64,000 nucleotides of DNA, from the NCBI GenBank assembly GCA_043228905.1, contig JBHGNT010000008.1:7502001-7566000 (forward strand), given 5' to 3'. Below the pieces are notes generated by a model. That model did no database searches, had not been told where the DNA came from, and was given only the letters and a program-made list of their open reading frames with translations. Positions 11,258 through 22,700 of the stretch are shown in pieces; the stretch's first letter is position 1, and every line of letters starts with the position of its first letter. The translations under genes and the position numbers were made by a program. Source of the stretch: Azolla caroliniana. Its lineage: Eukaryota; Plantae; Polypodiophyta.

Positions 11258-14200
11258 TTAATTTGCATCCAGTCCCACCGGACCCCTATCCAAATTCTGG
11301 GACTTGTCGGCCGCTGAACTGCTTGCCGTCGCGTCGTTCTTGTCGTTTGCGGGTTCGTGCTCCCTCTTACCGGCTTCGCGCTTACCGATTGCTAAACGTG
11401 TTGTCGTTACTTCCGACTTATCGGTGTCCGGTTCTGTGTCGGCCTTTACTTGTTCAAATGGGTTTCTTGGCATGAGTCCATTGTATGGTTTGAGTCGGAA
11501 CCCATTGACCCATTTACCCAGAACCTCGCTGGCGAGTGTCCCTAACTGGTAGGAACCGTTGAACTCCCGCGTGATCCAGTATGGTCCGGTCCACCGAAAC
11601 CGTAGCTTCCACAGCATCTTACCCGTCCGAGTCTGGAATACTAGTACCGGCCTACCGATTTCGAACATCTTTTCGTTCCCTTTTCGGTGACGATCCACGA
11701 ACGCTTTCCTTCGTCGTTGCTCTAGTTCTAGGTGCATGATGCTAGCTAGCCGGTGTTCTTCCAATTCGCATAGCGCGACTAACCGGATCGTTTCCGATTC
11801 CTTCTCATTTAGGCGTTCCCGAATCTGTATTCGTAAACTCGGTACCTGGAACTCGACCAACATCATTGCCTCCAATCTGAATGTTAGGCGAAACGGTGTT
11901 TTGCGGATACTTGTCTTATATGCCGTTCGATAGGCCCAAAGTGCACTGTGTAGCTTTGTATCCCAATCTGTCCGGTTCTCATTGACGATTTTTCAAAGGA
12001 TCTTCTGTAGTGTTTTATTTGTTGACTTGGCTAATCCGTTGGCTTGCAGATAATAGGGAGTGCTCCGTTTGTGCACCACCACATAGAATGTTGTCAAACT
12101 TTCCACTACTTGCCCTAAAAAGTGCCCACCTTGGTCACTTATTAGCTCTATCGGACATCCAAACCCGCACCAAATGTATTCATATAAAAAATTTGTCATG
12201 GATGTCGTGGTATTGTCGCGTAGCGGTTTGGCTTCCACCCATTTTGTGCAATAATCCGTAGCAACAATCACGTACCGATTGCCGATTCTCATTGCTGGTG
12301 GTTTGAATGGACCGACAAAATCCAGCCCCCATTTCTGAAATGGTTCTAACGGTAGCATGGGCTGGTGAGGCATCCTGGCTTGTTCGGTTGGTTGGCCCAT
12401 TCGCTAACATAGGTCGCATTCTTTAGCGTACCGAACTGCATCCTTCAATGTTGTTGGCCACCATAGTCCACTCTGCCATATTTTCCTTGCCATAGCGTCT
12501 CCGACATAATGTCCTCCAACCACTCTGCAGTGTGCTTCGCGCAATATTATGTCCTTTTCGTCGCCGCCATATGCCATCTGCGCCTTTGTGGTATAGTGTG
12601 TCCTGTAATAGACAAAAGTGTCGGCTTTGAACCGCTAAGCGTTTCCTCTCATCTCTGTTCATCTCCTCCGGAGGTAAACCGGTGCTCAGAAATTGGTGCA
12701 TGTTGGTGAGCCACTTGTCTTCCTCTGCGACCATACCATCCGTTGTCGTTTCTGCTGTGACTCTAAACAGCTCGTCATCCGGGAACTCGTTTGCGACGCC
12801 GTCACCGGTTTCGCCGGAATCTAACCGGCTCAAATAGTCTGCTACCGCATGTTGTATGTCGGGTCGGTGGAATATCTCGAACTCAAATTCTTGTAATAGT
12901 AACGTCCACCGGGCCAGCTTACCGGTGAGTGATGCTTTGGACACCAAATAGAGGAGCGTCGAATGATCTACGTGAAAGGAAAATTTCCTTCCCAACAGAT
13001 AGTGTCTAAACTTGGTGACACTGTATATCATGCCCAAGGCCTCCCTTTCCGTTGTGGAATAATTACGTTCCACTTGGGACAGCTTCCGGCTAGCATAATA
13101 CACTGGCCGGTACCACTTCAGTTCTGTAAGTTGCATAAGCGCACTCCCGATTGCGATGTCGAACGCGTCAACGAACACATGGAACTCTTTAGACCAATCC
13201 GGAGGTTGCACCACCAGTGCTTGTGACAAGAGTACTTTTAGTGCCCGGTAAGCCTTGTCTTCTGTGTCCGTCCATTGGAACGGTGTCCGATGTACCGCGG
13301 CATGCAATGGTGTAGCTAGGTCTGCCAGATACCAGAGCATTCGGCTATGCCATCGAATTTGTCCTAAGAACCGGCTTAATGCCTTTACCGTGGTTGGTGT
13401 CGGTGCCTCCAAAATGGCTTTGACCTTGTCCGAATTCACTACAATACCGTCCTTGCTCACGATGTGGCCAAGTAACGCTCCGTTGGACACTCCGAACACG
13501 CATTTTGCCGGGTTAAGGCTTAGCCGGTAAACCCTACATTTCTCCAAACATAGTCGAAGGTGCTGAAGGTGATCCCCTTCCCGGCTATAAATAGCGAAGT
13601 CATCCAAGAACACCTGCATGAATGTCGGAATGAATTCTTCGAATATCTCCATGATGATCCGTTGGAAGGTTGCCGGCGCCGTTTTCAGTCCGAACATCAT
13701 AATTACGGCAACAAAGACTCCCCATTCGGTGACAAAAGCGGTTTTCTCCTAGTCGTCGAGGTGCATCCGGATCTGATTATAGCCATTGAAACCATCCAGA
13801 AAACTGTACACCTCATGACTGGCGACCGCATCCAAGACTCCATCCGTGAATGGAAGTGGGAATGCGTCAGTTACCATAGCCACATTCAATTTCCGGTAGT
13901 CGATGCAAACTCTTATCTTACCGTTCTTTTTCGGTACTACGATTATCGGACTGAGCCATGTGGCTTTCTTTACCGGTCGGATGAAGCCAACCCTTAGCAA
14001 CTTGTCGATTTCTTCTTTGACTTTTGCTGCGTAATTCGGGTTCATCCGGTAACGCCGTTGCGCTACCGGTTTGGCGTCTTTACTCAGATGTATCAGGTGT
14101 TGATACAACTGAGGATCGAGTCCCCGCATGTCCTCATAGGACCAGGCAAACACATCGCGAAATTCTTTTAGGAGTGTGATCATTGCCGTTTTGTTCTCTA

Positions 14201-15299
14201 GGGTCATTTCCTTGGCGATGTGAACCGGTCTTGCGTCCTCTGTGGTACCTAGGTTTACCTCTTCTAGTTGGGATGCTTTTACACGCTGCGACACCGCCAT
14301 TTCTCTTTCTAGTGCCTCATGTGCTTGTTGTAACTCCCGGATCGCTTCTTTATCCGGTTCCTCGTTGGTCCCGTCCGGTTGCAGTATGTATGGTGATACT
14401 GCTTCGGCTACATCAATTTCGAATTGCGGTACGATCTTCGGATTTTCCTGTAAGTATTGATCGACCTCTTCGTCCGCCAATCCTTCTAGCATGTTGACAC
14501 ATTCCGCATATAGCGGCGTCAATTCCTTGCCGGTACCCGACTGTGGTTGAGTCGGTACTCGCACTTTCGCTTTTCCATGCCGGAACGTAATTATATTCTT
14601 CCTCCAGTTTTGCTTGATGTGTGTTGTTTTCAACCAAGGGCGTCTCAACAATAGTGGGTAAGCTCCCTGAGCCTGTAGCTGGAGAACTACTGCCGAAATG
14701 CGAAATGTGTGACCCTCGATGGTCACTTCTAGATCACGTATTAATCCGGTCGGCCATACTGAGCTTGTGTCTGCCATCCGAAGCCAAAACAGGCATGGTT
14801 CCCAGTCATTGATTCCTAGAGTGTTACACATTTGGAGGCTGATCACATTCACGTCTGATCCTCCATCGATAATCGTGCCGGGTAGCTCTTTTCCTTTCAT
14901 GATGGTTGTGATTGTCGGACTGCTCACGTCTACCATTGTCGGTCCTTCCTCCGGATATGAAAAGAATGTTGGAGCCGGTGGTGTGTCGGCTGCCGTCATT
15001 CCTGTCTTCAGTCCTGCCGTGAAGCGTGGTACCAGTTGCAATAGCCGGCCTAACGGTAGCGTTATTTGGCATTCTTGTAACGCCTGCCATGTTGGGTTTT
15101 CAGGTTGCCCTAAGCCGGTGAGCTTTTCGGCATTCTCCTTTTGTTGTTTGAGCTCTGCCGCATTCCGCTCGTTTGCCTTCTTCACCCATTCGGTTGCTTG
15201 CTTCCAGATGGCTTCTTGAGTTTCCCACTCCGTGGCTTTGCCTTTTGATCTTGTAGTGACTTGTTGTAAGTCCGCGACTGCCGTGTCTACCATGTTCAC
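11258..15299 (-). pseudogene. pol of element B (PR-RT-RH-INT), a few disruptions
   Basis: IIDGGSDVN; RVCIDYRKLN; VFLDDF; NYSTTEREAL; WGLDFVGP, SDQGGHF; RWTGPY. Confidence 0.9.
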
Positions 15300-17190
15300 C
15301 GTAGGTCGCTTGTCGTAGCTCTTCGTCGGACATTGGTTACTATATTGGCCTTCTTGCCACCAATAATAGCAGTACGCCTTCCGTGTGTTGCTGGATTCGG
15401 CGTTTATGCCCGCACCCGGTTGAGGTCCTGTGGTAAGTTCTTGGTTTTGGTCCGGTTGGCTGCTTGGAGCGCCCTTTTCCAGTTCCCGTGGATGGCCCCC
15501 CTTTTTGTTGAAATGACGTTTCTTGTTGAAATTCTTTTTGTTTCGGTAACCTTGACGAGGCTGGTCGTCATACTTGCCATAGTCGTCCCGTCGTTGGTTG
15601 TAACCAGGGGAGTGATCCCGGTTGTATCTCTCGTACTGTCCACTATAGTCCCGGTATCTATCCTGTCTGTCATACCGGTCATAAGCGTCTCTTCAATCAT
15701 TGCACCGGAGATCTTGTGTCGGCCGGTAGCGCTCCTCTCGTCGCCAGCGTTCTTCTTCTTCCTCCTGGTTGCTTCGTGGTTCAATTTTCCGGACCGGTGG
15801 TGCTTGCCGATTTAACAAGTTATACTCACACCGTTCCATTGTGTGACTTCTAGAGTGGTAGAGCAAGCATTGGGAACGCATGGTGCATTCCAACGCCGAA
15901 TGTCCGGCATTCAAGCATGTCGTACATTGAATTGCTTGTCAGAAGCGGAGGTCCTCATCTGTTGCTAGTGCACGCTGAAGGGCATGTCTTACATTGAATT
16001 GCTTACCGGAAGCGGAGGTCCTCATCTGTTGGTAGTGCACGCTGAAGTGCGCCCATGGTTAGCCATGAACTTGATTTTTCCATTTCCCGAACTCGGTCGA
16101 TCACTTGATCTATGTTGTTGGTGCGGAAATCAATGACGGTGCACACCGTTCGTAAGGGTTCCCGGAGTGCTACTAAGAATATGGCCTTTGTTTCTTCCTC
16201 CGATGGTGCCCGACTAAGCTGACTGTGGATCCGTTGGAACCGGATGACAAACTGTTGAATGTTCTCCGTTGGTTCCTGCCGAATAATGTAAAATAGGCCT
16301 ACCATTTCCCGTTGGTCCATCTCCTTGTGAAAGAAATGCAAGAATTTGGTCTTTAATGCTTCAAACGTGGGGATGGTGCTGGGATCTTGTGTTCGGTGCC
16401 ATCTGGTGGCCGGTCCCTCCAAGGTCATGCCGAACTCTGCCATTTTTTAGTGTTCCTCTTCGGTCGCATTTAAGCGTTGGGACACATGGTTTGCCTCCCA
16501 GGTCTGCTAAAACGCATGGACGTGGGCTTCCGCATCCGGATCATCCCGGTATCTGGGATTTTGGAACAGCATATCGTCGTCTGGTGTCGGTACGCGGGCT
16601 GGTGGTGTCGGTGGTCTTTCCTCCTCCGTTGTCGGCGTCGGAGGTCTTGCCCGCTCCTCTGTCGGCGCCAGAGGTCTTTCATGTTCCTCTTTCGGTGTTG
16701 GAGACCTCTCCTCCTCGACTTCCGGTGTTGGAGGTCTCTCTTCCTCGACTTCTGGTTCCGGAGTGTGCTCGACTTCCGGTGACGGAGGTTCTAGCCTTGT
16801 CAATTCTGGTTCCGGTGTCAGCAAGGTATCTGACTCCTCATCCTCCGGTCCATTTGGGGTGTCGTTACTGCTGTGGTAGTTCGTATGCACGTTGTATTCC
16901 CCTTCCGAATCCAATTCAAAAGCCGAAAATGTTTCGGATTCGCCTTCGCCCACTGCCAATGCATGAAGAAGGGATTCCGCTTCCCGAATGCTGCTTAGGC
17001 TGCTTCCTTCGTCCGGGTAGTCGTTTTGTTGTGAATGAAGTGACTCCTTGGCCACTCTCCGAATCACCTTGGAAAATGAGCAATCCGCTCTGATTTCCTC
17101 TGCCACTTGCTGGAAAGCCTCTCGCTTCCTCAGCCGTTCGGCAAGTCTCCTTGCTCGCTCTATAACCGGGTTGTTCATTGGTCTAGTCAT
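15300..17190 (-). pseudogene. gag of element B (PTPE repeats, capsid, three CCHC-type knuckles)
   Basis: ATG at 17190; ERPPTPEVEEE repeats; IRQEPTENIQQFVIRF major-homology-like region; CTTCLNAGHSALEC; reads in frame into pol. Confidence 0.8.
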
Positions 17191-17244
17191 CCATTCCCAC
17201 CGTTGTTCGCTGCGATTGTGTAGGAATCCTGGTCACCAAAAGGT

Positions 17245-17501
17245 TGTTGTAGGTTTTAGGGTTAGGGTTAATGGTAATGATGATTGATAATGATGAAGAT
17301 AGACATGGTGTAATAATGAAGATGGTGGAGAGTATGATGGTGAGAGAGATCATGAAGATGTTGACAAGCATTGAGAAGCATTGTGGGGTGGGGGGTGGTG
17401 CCTAGAATGGCTCCACCCCCCTCCCAAGGGGGTTCAACGTAAGGGAGACAGAGACAGAGACAGAGATGTCAAAGAGAGAGAGAGAGAGAGAGAAATGATC
17501 A
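17245..17501 (-). repeat. Partial D-family LTR (R-U5 part) fused to the inner end of the B 5' LTR
   Basis: Matches 19078-19331 and 20783-21000 (TGTT..TTTTAGGGTTAGGGTT, GGTGCCTAGAATGGCTCCACCCCC). Followed on the minus strand by TGGTGACCAGG at 17238. Confidence 0.9.
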
Positions 17502-17943
17502 TGTTATTCCTTAGGGCCGGACAATGGCCTAACACAGGGTGTCTACGGAAGACACTTCACCAAAGGGGTGCTACGGCAAGATAACTTAAGACATAACGAT
17601 TAATCAGACTTAATTGGTTACTTAGCAATATGGTATTAGACTTGATACACGTGTATGATAGAACAATTAGCACAGAATGGTAATCAATACTTAAAGATAA
17701 AACAAGAAGCTCTATTAATTATCTGTCAAAGTTTTACATTGTAACCGGGCCTTTATATAGGTCACCGGTGTTGAGTACAAAACGGTGCTAACCGGCACTT
17801 GTTCGGAACTGGTCCGGATCCGGATCGGCATACCGATTCCGGTTCGTCCGTTCACATCTCATAAACTACTTAATTATTATAGATTCCGAATATACAATCC
17901 CTTTCACATTCTGGTCTTTAACTCCTTTGTCGGCCGGGTAACA
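17502..17943 (-). repeat. 5' LTR of element B
   Basis: Direct repeat of 7555-7996. Confidence 0.95.
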
Positions 17944-18128
17944 TTTCTTCTCTATCTCAGTACTATTCCTGACAGTTTGAACTGATTTCTCCTCCTTCCG
18001 TCTCCTCCTTTCCTCCTCTTCCTTTTATCTTCTTACATATCCCCTTTTTTCCGATCTTCTTTCCGGTTTCCCTCATCTTCTTACCCCTTTTTTCCCTTCA
18101 TACTAATCCTCTTATCCTCCCTAGTAAA

Positions 18129-19753
18129 ATGGAAACTATTATCGCTCAGGAATACCAATCTGTTTTCTCATAGCTCTAGTGCTTAAAAGAGAAATTTGTA
18201 GCACTAGAACAAGAAAATCACCGTTTGTTGGGGGATCTTCAACAAATAGTGCTGGAAAAACAACAACACGGGGAGCTGACGTTACGTGTACAACAACTTG
18301 AAGTGACTATTGTATCACTACAACAACAAGGATCAAGCACTCAAGGGATTCACAAGGAACCCAAGATCGGTCTTCGAGCAAAAATTTGATGGGACCCGAT
18401 CACAGTTTAGAGGTTTTCCGCATCAGGTACGTTTAGTGATTCAAATGCATCCTTCTCGATATCCCACCGATGCATCACGAGTGGGACTAGTAGGCACTCT
18501 ACTTAGTGGCTCAACATTGGCATGGTTTGCTCCGTTGTTAGAAAAGGAATCTCCATTACTAAACAATTTTGAAGAATTTATAAGTGAGTTTAAAGCCTAT
18601 TTTGGAGATATTGACAACATAAGGACAACAATCAACAAAATCCAACGATTACACCAAGGTGATCATCCAGCCTCCGCATACGCTGCAGATTTCCGCCTAC
18701 TCGCCGCCGATATCCCTTGGGATGATCAAGCATTGACGGAGCAATTTCGTTATGGTTTACGCAACAATGTCAAGGATTTACTCTTGACCTTCCCCAAAGA
18801 ACCAAAGTCATTAACAGAAGCAATAAGTCGCGCGGTGAGATGTGACAACCGCCTTTTCGAACGACGTTCGGAACGGCAATTCCAGATGCCGAGGGCAAGA
18901 TCAAAGCCCACCTATGCCTCAGTGGTAGCGAAACCTTTTTTGAGGGAGTCATATAATGCATCTCTAGTGAATACTCGGACTCCGATGGAGATTGACACTA
19001 CACGTCATCGTAGACCATTATCGGAAGAAGAAAAGCAGTGGCGTCGAGCAAATCGACTATGTCTTTATCGCAGTGGATGTTATAGGTTTTAGGGTTAGGG
19101 TTACTAATAATGATAATGATGATGATTGATGATGAAGATAGACATGGTGTAATAGTGAAGATGATGAACAGTATGATGGTGAGAGAGATCGTGAAGATGT
19201 TGTCAAGCATTGAGGGGCGGGGGGTGGTGCCTAGAATGGCTCCACCCCCCTCCCAAGGGGGTTCAACATTAAGGAGGAGAGAGAGAGAGAAAGAGAGATG
19301 ACAAAGAGAGAGATTGAGAGAAAAATGATCATTGTTTTCATTCATTCCCCATAAGGGGTTAAATAGGTACAAAGGGGTAGATCCACAAGGGTGCAAGCCC
19401 CTTTGGCATTCACACCAAGTCACTCACTCACACCTCTTTGTATCTACCACACTCACACTCATAATCGTATAAAATCACACATACATATCCACACATTACA
19501 TCTTTCACCCTCACTTATCACACTTATCAATCACTCGTACATCTTGTACGGTAATAGTGGACCAGGGGATATTGCAGTAAATTGTCCCCATAGGCCAAGA
19601 AGACAGGTAAACCAAATGTTTGCTAGTTCTAATTGTACTAAACCCGAGTCTATTTCAGTAGGAATATCTAATAGTACTAATAGTACTAATAGCCCAAATC
19701 TAGTGAACAAATTTGATGTCCTTAATCAGTTAGAAGAAGAGTTAAACGACTAA
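18129..19753 (+). pseudogene. gag of element C, split in the CCHC knuckle by a solo LTR
   Basis: Homologous to the E gag (KFDGTRSQFRGF; RLCLY|PGDIAVNCP; ends EELND*). Confidence 0.9.
19078..19556 (-). mobile_element. Solo LTR, D family
   Basis: TGTT...GTAATA ends; TSD GTGGA at 19073-19077 and 19557-19561. Confidence 0.92.
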
Positions 19754-19779
19754 ATTCAGCCAAAATAGGAGCCGTTTGG

Positions 19780-22700
19780 TTGGACAGCCCTAGATCTGTG
19801 CAGCCCATTAGTGGTTCCATTCCATCTAAGCAAGTTAGCAATGTGTTTGTAGCCCAAGTAATAGTTAGTACTAAAAGGACCCCTCCAGTACATGTCTTAG
19901 CACTTCTAGATTCCATAGCCAATTCTTGTTTCATGGATAGGAATTTTGCCCAAGCTCATCAAATATCTCTCAGAAAACTCCCATGTCCAGCCTTTGTAGT
20001 AGTCATTGATGGTCGTCCCATTGCTTCCGGAAATATCATAGAAGAGTCAAAGCCCGTTAATATTGTCCTAGATAATCTAGCGCGTTTAGTATCATTTAAT
20101 ATAATTAGTATCCCAGAACATCCCATTGTTTTAGGATTACCATGGTTCGAATTACATAACCCAGACATAGATTGGAGAACAAGAGAAATCTGGTATCGAC
20201 AAGCCCGAGGATCTACTCATAAGATTGCAACCATTTCGCTACATCAATTGCGGGAAGAAGGATTCAAGGAAGAAATGTTTCTCTTCGCAATATCAGTAAA
20301 ACCACCCTCCGACACCACTAAAGAGGAGTCCACCGTTCAACTTCCAAAGAAGTATCATTATTATGCCGATGTGTTCGATAAAGTACAAGCCAATACGCTT
20401 CTTCACCATCGATTGTATGATTGCCCCATCGATTTACAACCGGGAAAAGAGCCACCATGGGGACCGATCTACAATTTGTCACCAACCGAGCTAGAAGTCC
20501 TTCAAGCCTATATAGAGGAGCATTTGGAAAATGGTTTCATTCGGCATTCGAAATCTCCAGCCGGCGCACCCATTTTCTTCGTCAAGAAAAAGGATGGATC
20601 ACTTCGTCTCGTTGTAGATTATAGTGGCTTGAATAAGGTCACCATCATAAATAGGTATGCACTTCCCCTTATCTCAAGTCTTTTAGAACGGATCAATGGT
20701 GGAAGGTTCTTCAAGAAGATCTACTTACGGGGAGCATATAACCTCGTATGGATCCGAGCAGGAGATGAATGGAAGACCGCGTTGTTATTGGTTTTAGGGT
20801 TAGGGTTAATGATGATAATGAGAAAGATAGGAATAGGGTTAACAATCATGGTAGATTGATAATGTATGTGTGATGATGATGGTGAGAGATCATGAAGAAC
20901 AAGACAAGCATTGAGGGGTGGGGGGTGGTGCCTAGAATGGCTCCACCCCCCTCCCAAGGGAGTTCAACGTAAGGGGAGAGAGAGAGAGAGAGAGAGAAAT
21001 GGTTATTGTCTTCATTCATTCCCGATAAGGGGTTAAATAGGTACAAAGGGGTAGATCCACAAGGGTGCAAGCCCCTTGGGCATTCACACCTAGTCACTCA
21101 CTCACACCTCTTTGTCTCCATCACACTCACACTTACATTCACACTCATAATAGTATAAGATTACACATACATTACATCGTTCACCCTCGCTTATCAGTCA
21201 CCCATACATCTCGTACGGTAACACAATATGGCACGCCCGTGGGAGAGTGCCTTGCACATCGATCCCACATGCCTAGATCATAATCTTTCTTCGACCGGAA
21301 TTTCCATCAGTGCTCTCAACGATCAACTCCCTCGATCGGAGCGCTTGACTCGAACATCTCTGTCGGTCAGCGAATCTTCTGCGACACGAACATTCTCGTT
21401 CTGTCGACTTACGAACTTCGATAACATCAACGATCAACTCCCTCGATCGAAACGCTTGATTCGAACATCTCCGTCAGTCAACGAATCTTCATCGATACGA
21501 ACATTCTCGTTCTATCAGTTCACGAACTTCCCCCCAAAAGAACTGTGAAAATACGGAAAAAACTGTGAATTTACCAATTTTCTATTATTATTATTATTAC
21601 ATATTTTCCTCCTATTCTCGTAGCCGGAAACAATGTTCGTCTTTTCTTCTTCTTCTTCTTCTTGTGTGTCATATCATGTCGTTTCTCTGTTTCTCTCTTC
21701 TCTTCTTCTTCTCCTTCTTCTTTTTATCTGTTCTTCTTCCGTTGCGACTGTTGTATCTCCTTCCTCTCTCTATTTCTCCATCTTCTTCTATGCCTTTCTC
21801 TTTCTTATGTGTTCTAGCTTCGTCGATGTTGTGGTTCCCATCTTCTTCGTTAACCTGACATTCCTTCTGCTCCCCATTGCTATTGCTTAGTAGCGTCTAT
21901 CAATTTTGCGTCTCTGTCGCCAGCACCATCGCCGTCTTTGTCCGGCCCATCTGTCATTTTATGGCCGACAGTTTCTTGTTTTTTTTTTCCCTATTTCCGG
22001 CAATCCAGCCGTTCGCGAGTAAGGTTGTTCGTTCTTTCTCTCCTTTCAAGGTCTCGTCGTCACTGTCTCTGTTTCTTTGTCTCTATCTCTTTGTCTCTAT
22101 CGTCTACCGGCCACTCGTGACAGTTGGTTGTCGTTGCTCCTCTGTCCATCGCCGACATTGTCCGGTACTTCATTTCGGCGTCAATTGTCCGGCCTTTCCT
22201 GCCGCATTTTAGCCACTCCGGCCACTTCGGCTACTATCCGGTCATTCTGGCCACTCTCGCCCATTATCCGCCCACTCTGACTATTGTCTGGCCACTTCTC
22301 TGGCCGCAATTCAGCCACTACCACTATCAGGCTATTGTAAGGCCGATGCCACTTTCTTTGTCCATGGCATCTGGTTGTCACCACTCCAGCTGTCGCTCGT
22401 CTGTATTTGTCCGGCCCTTCCGGCATCTCTGACGCCGAACGTCGTTCATGGTTGTTCTTAGCCGTTGTCCGATTGCCGCTATTTTCTGTTGTCCGGTTGG
22501 CTGTCGATCTGGCCGCTACCGCTCTGGTGTCGTCGTTGTTCGACCGTGTCTTTCCGTCCGGCCACTAGCCTGTTCTGGCCGCTTGTCCGACTGTTGTTTT
22601 CCTTTGTCCGGCTGCTCCGGCTATTTTTCAGCCACTATCCGGCAACTCCAACCGCTCCGACTGTTGTTCAGTTGCTCTTCAGCCGTTGTCCGGCCATTAC

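Larger units (their letters stand above)
7555..17943 (-). mobile_element. Full-length non-chromovirus (Athila/Phygy-like) Ty3/gypsy element B with extra 3' ORF
   Basis: 442-bp direct LTRs at 7555-7996 and 17502-17943 (TG...CA, about 95% identical by eye). TSD TTTCT at 7550-7554 and 17944-17948. gag-pol on the minus strand, GPY motif, no chromodomain. Confidence 0.95.

Noticed and set aside
16356-17093. 245-aa plus-strand ORF and similar antisense ORFs over B and E
   Set aside because: Shadow ORFs opposite repetitive gag/pol coding sequence.
17440-17501. AG-rich tract before the right B LTR as a plus-strand PPT
   Set aside because: It is the (AG)n microsatellite internal to every D-type LTR and ends 7 nt from the LTR; coding and TATA orientation are minus.
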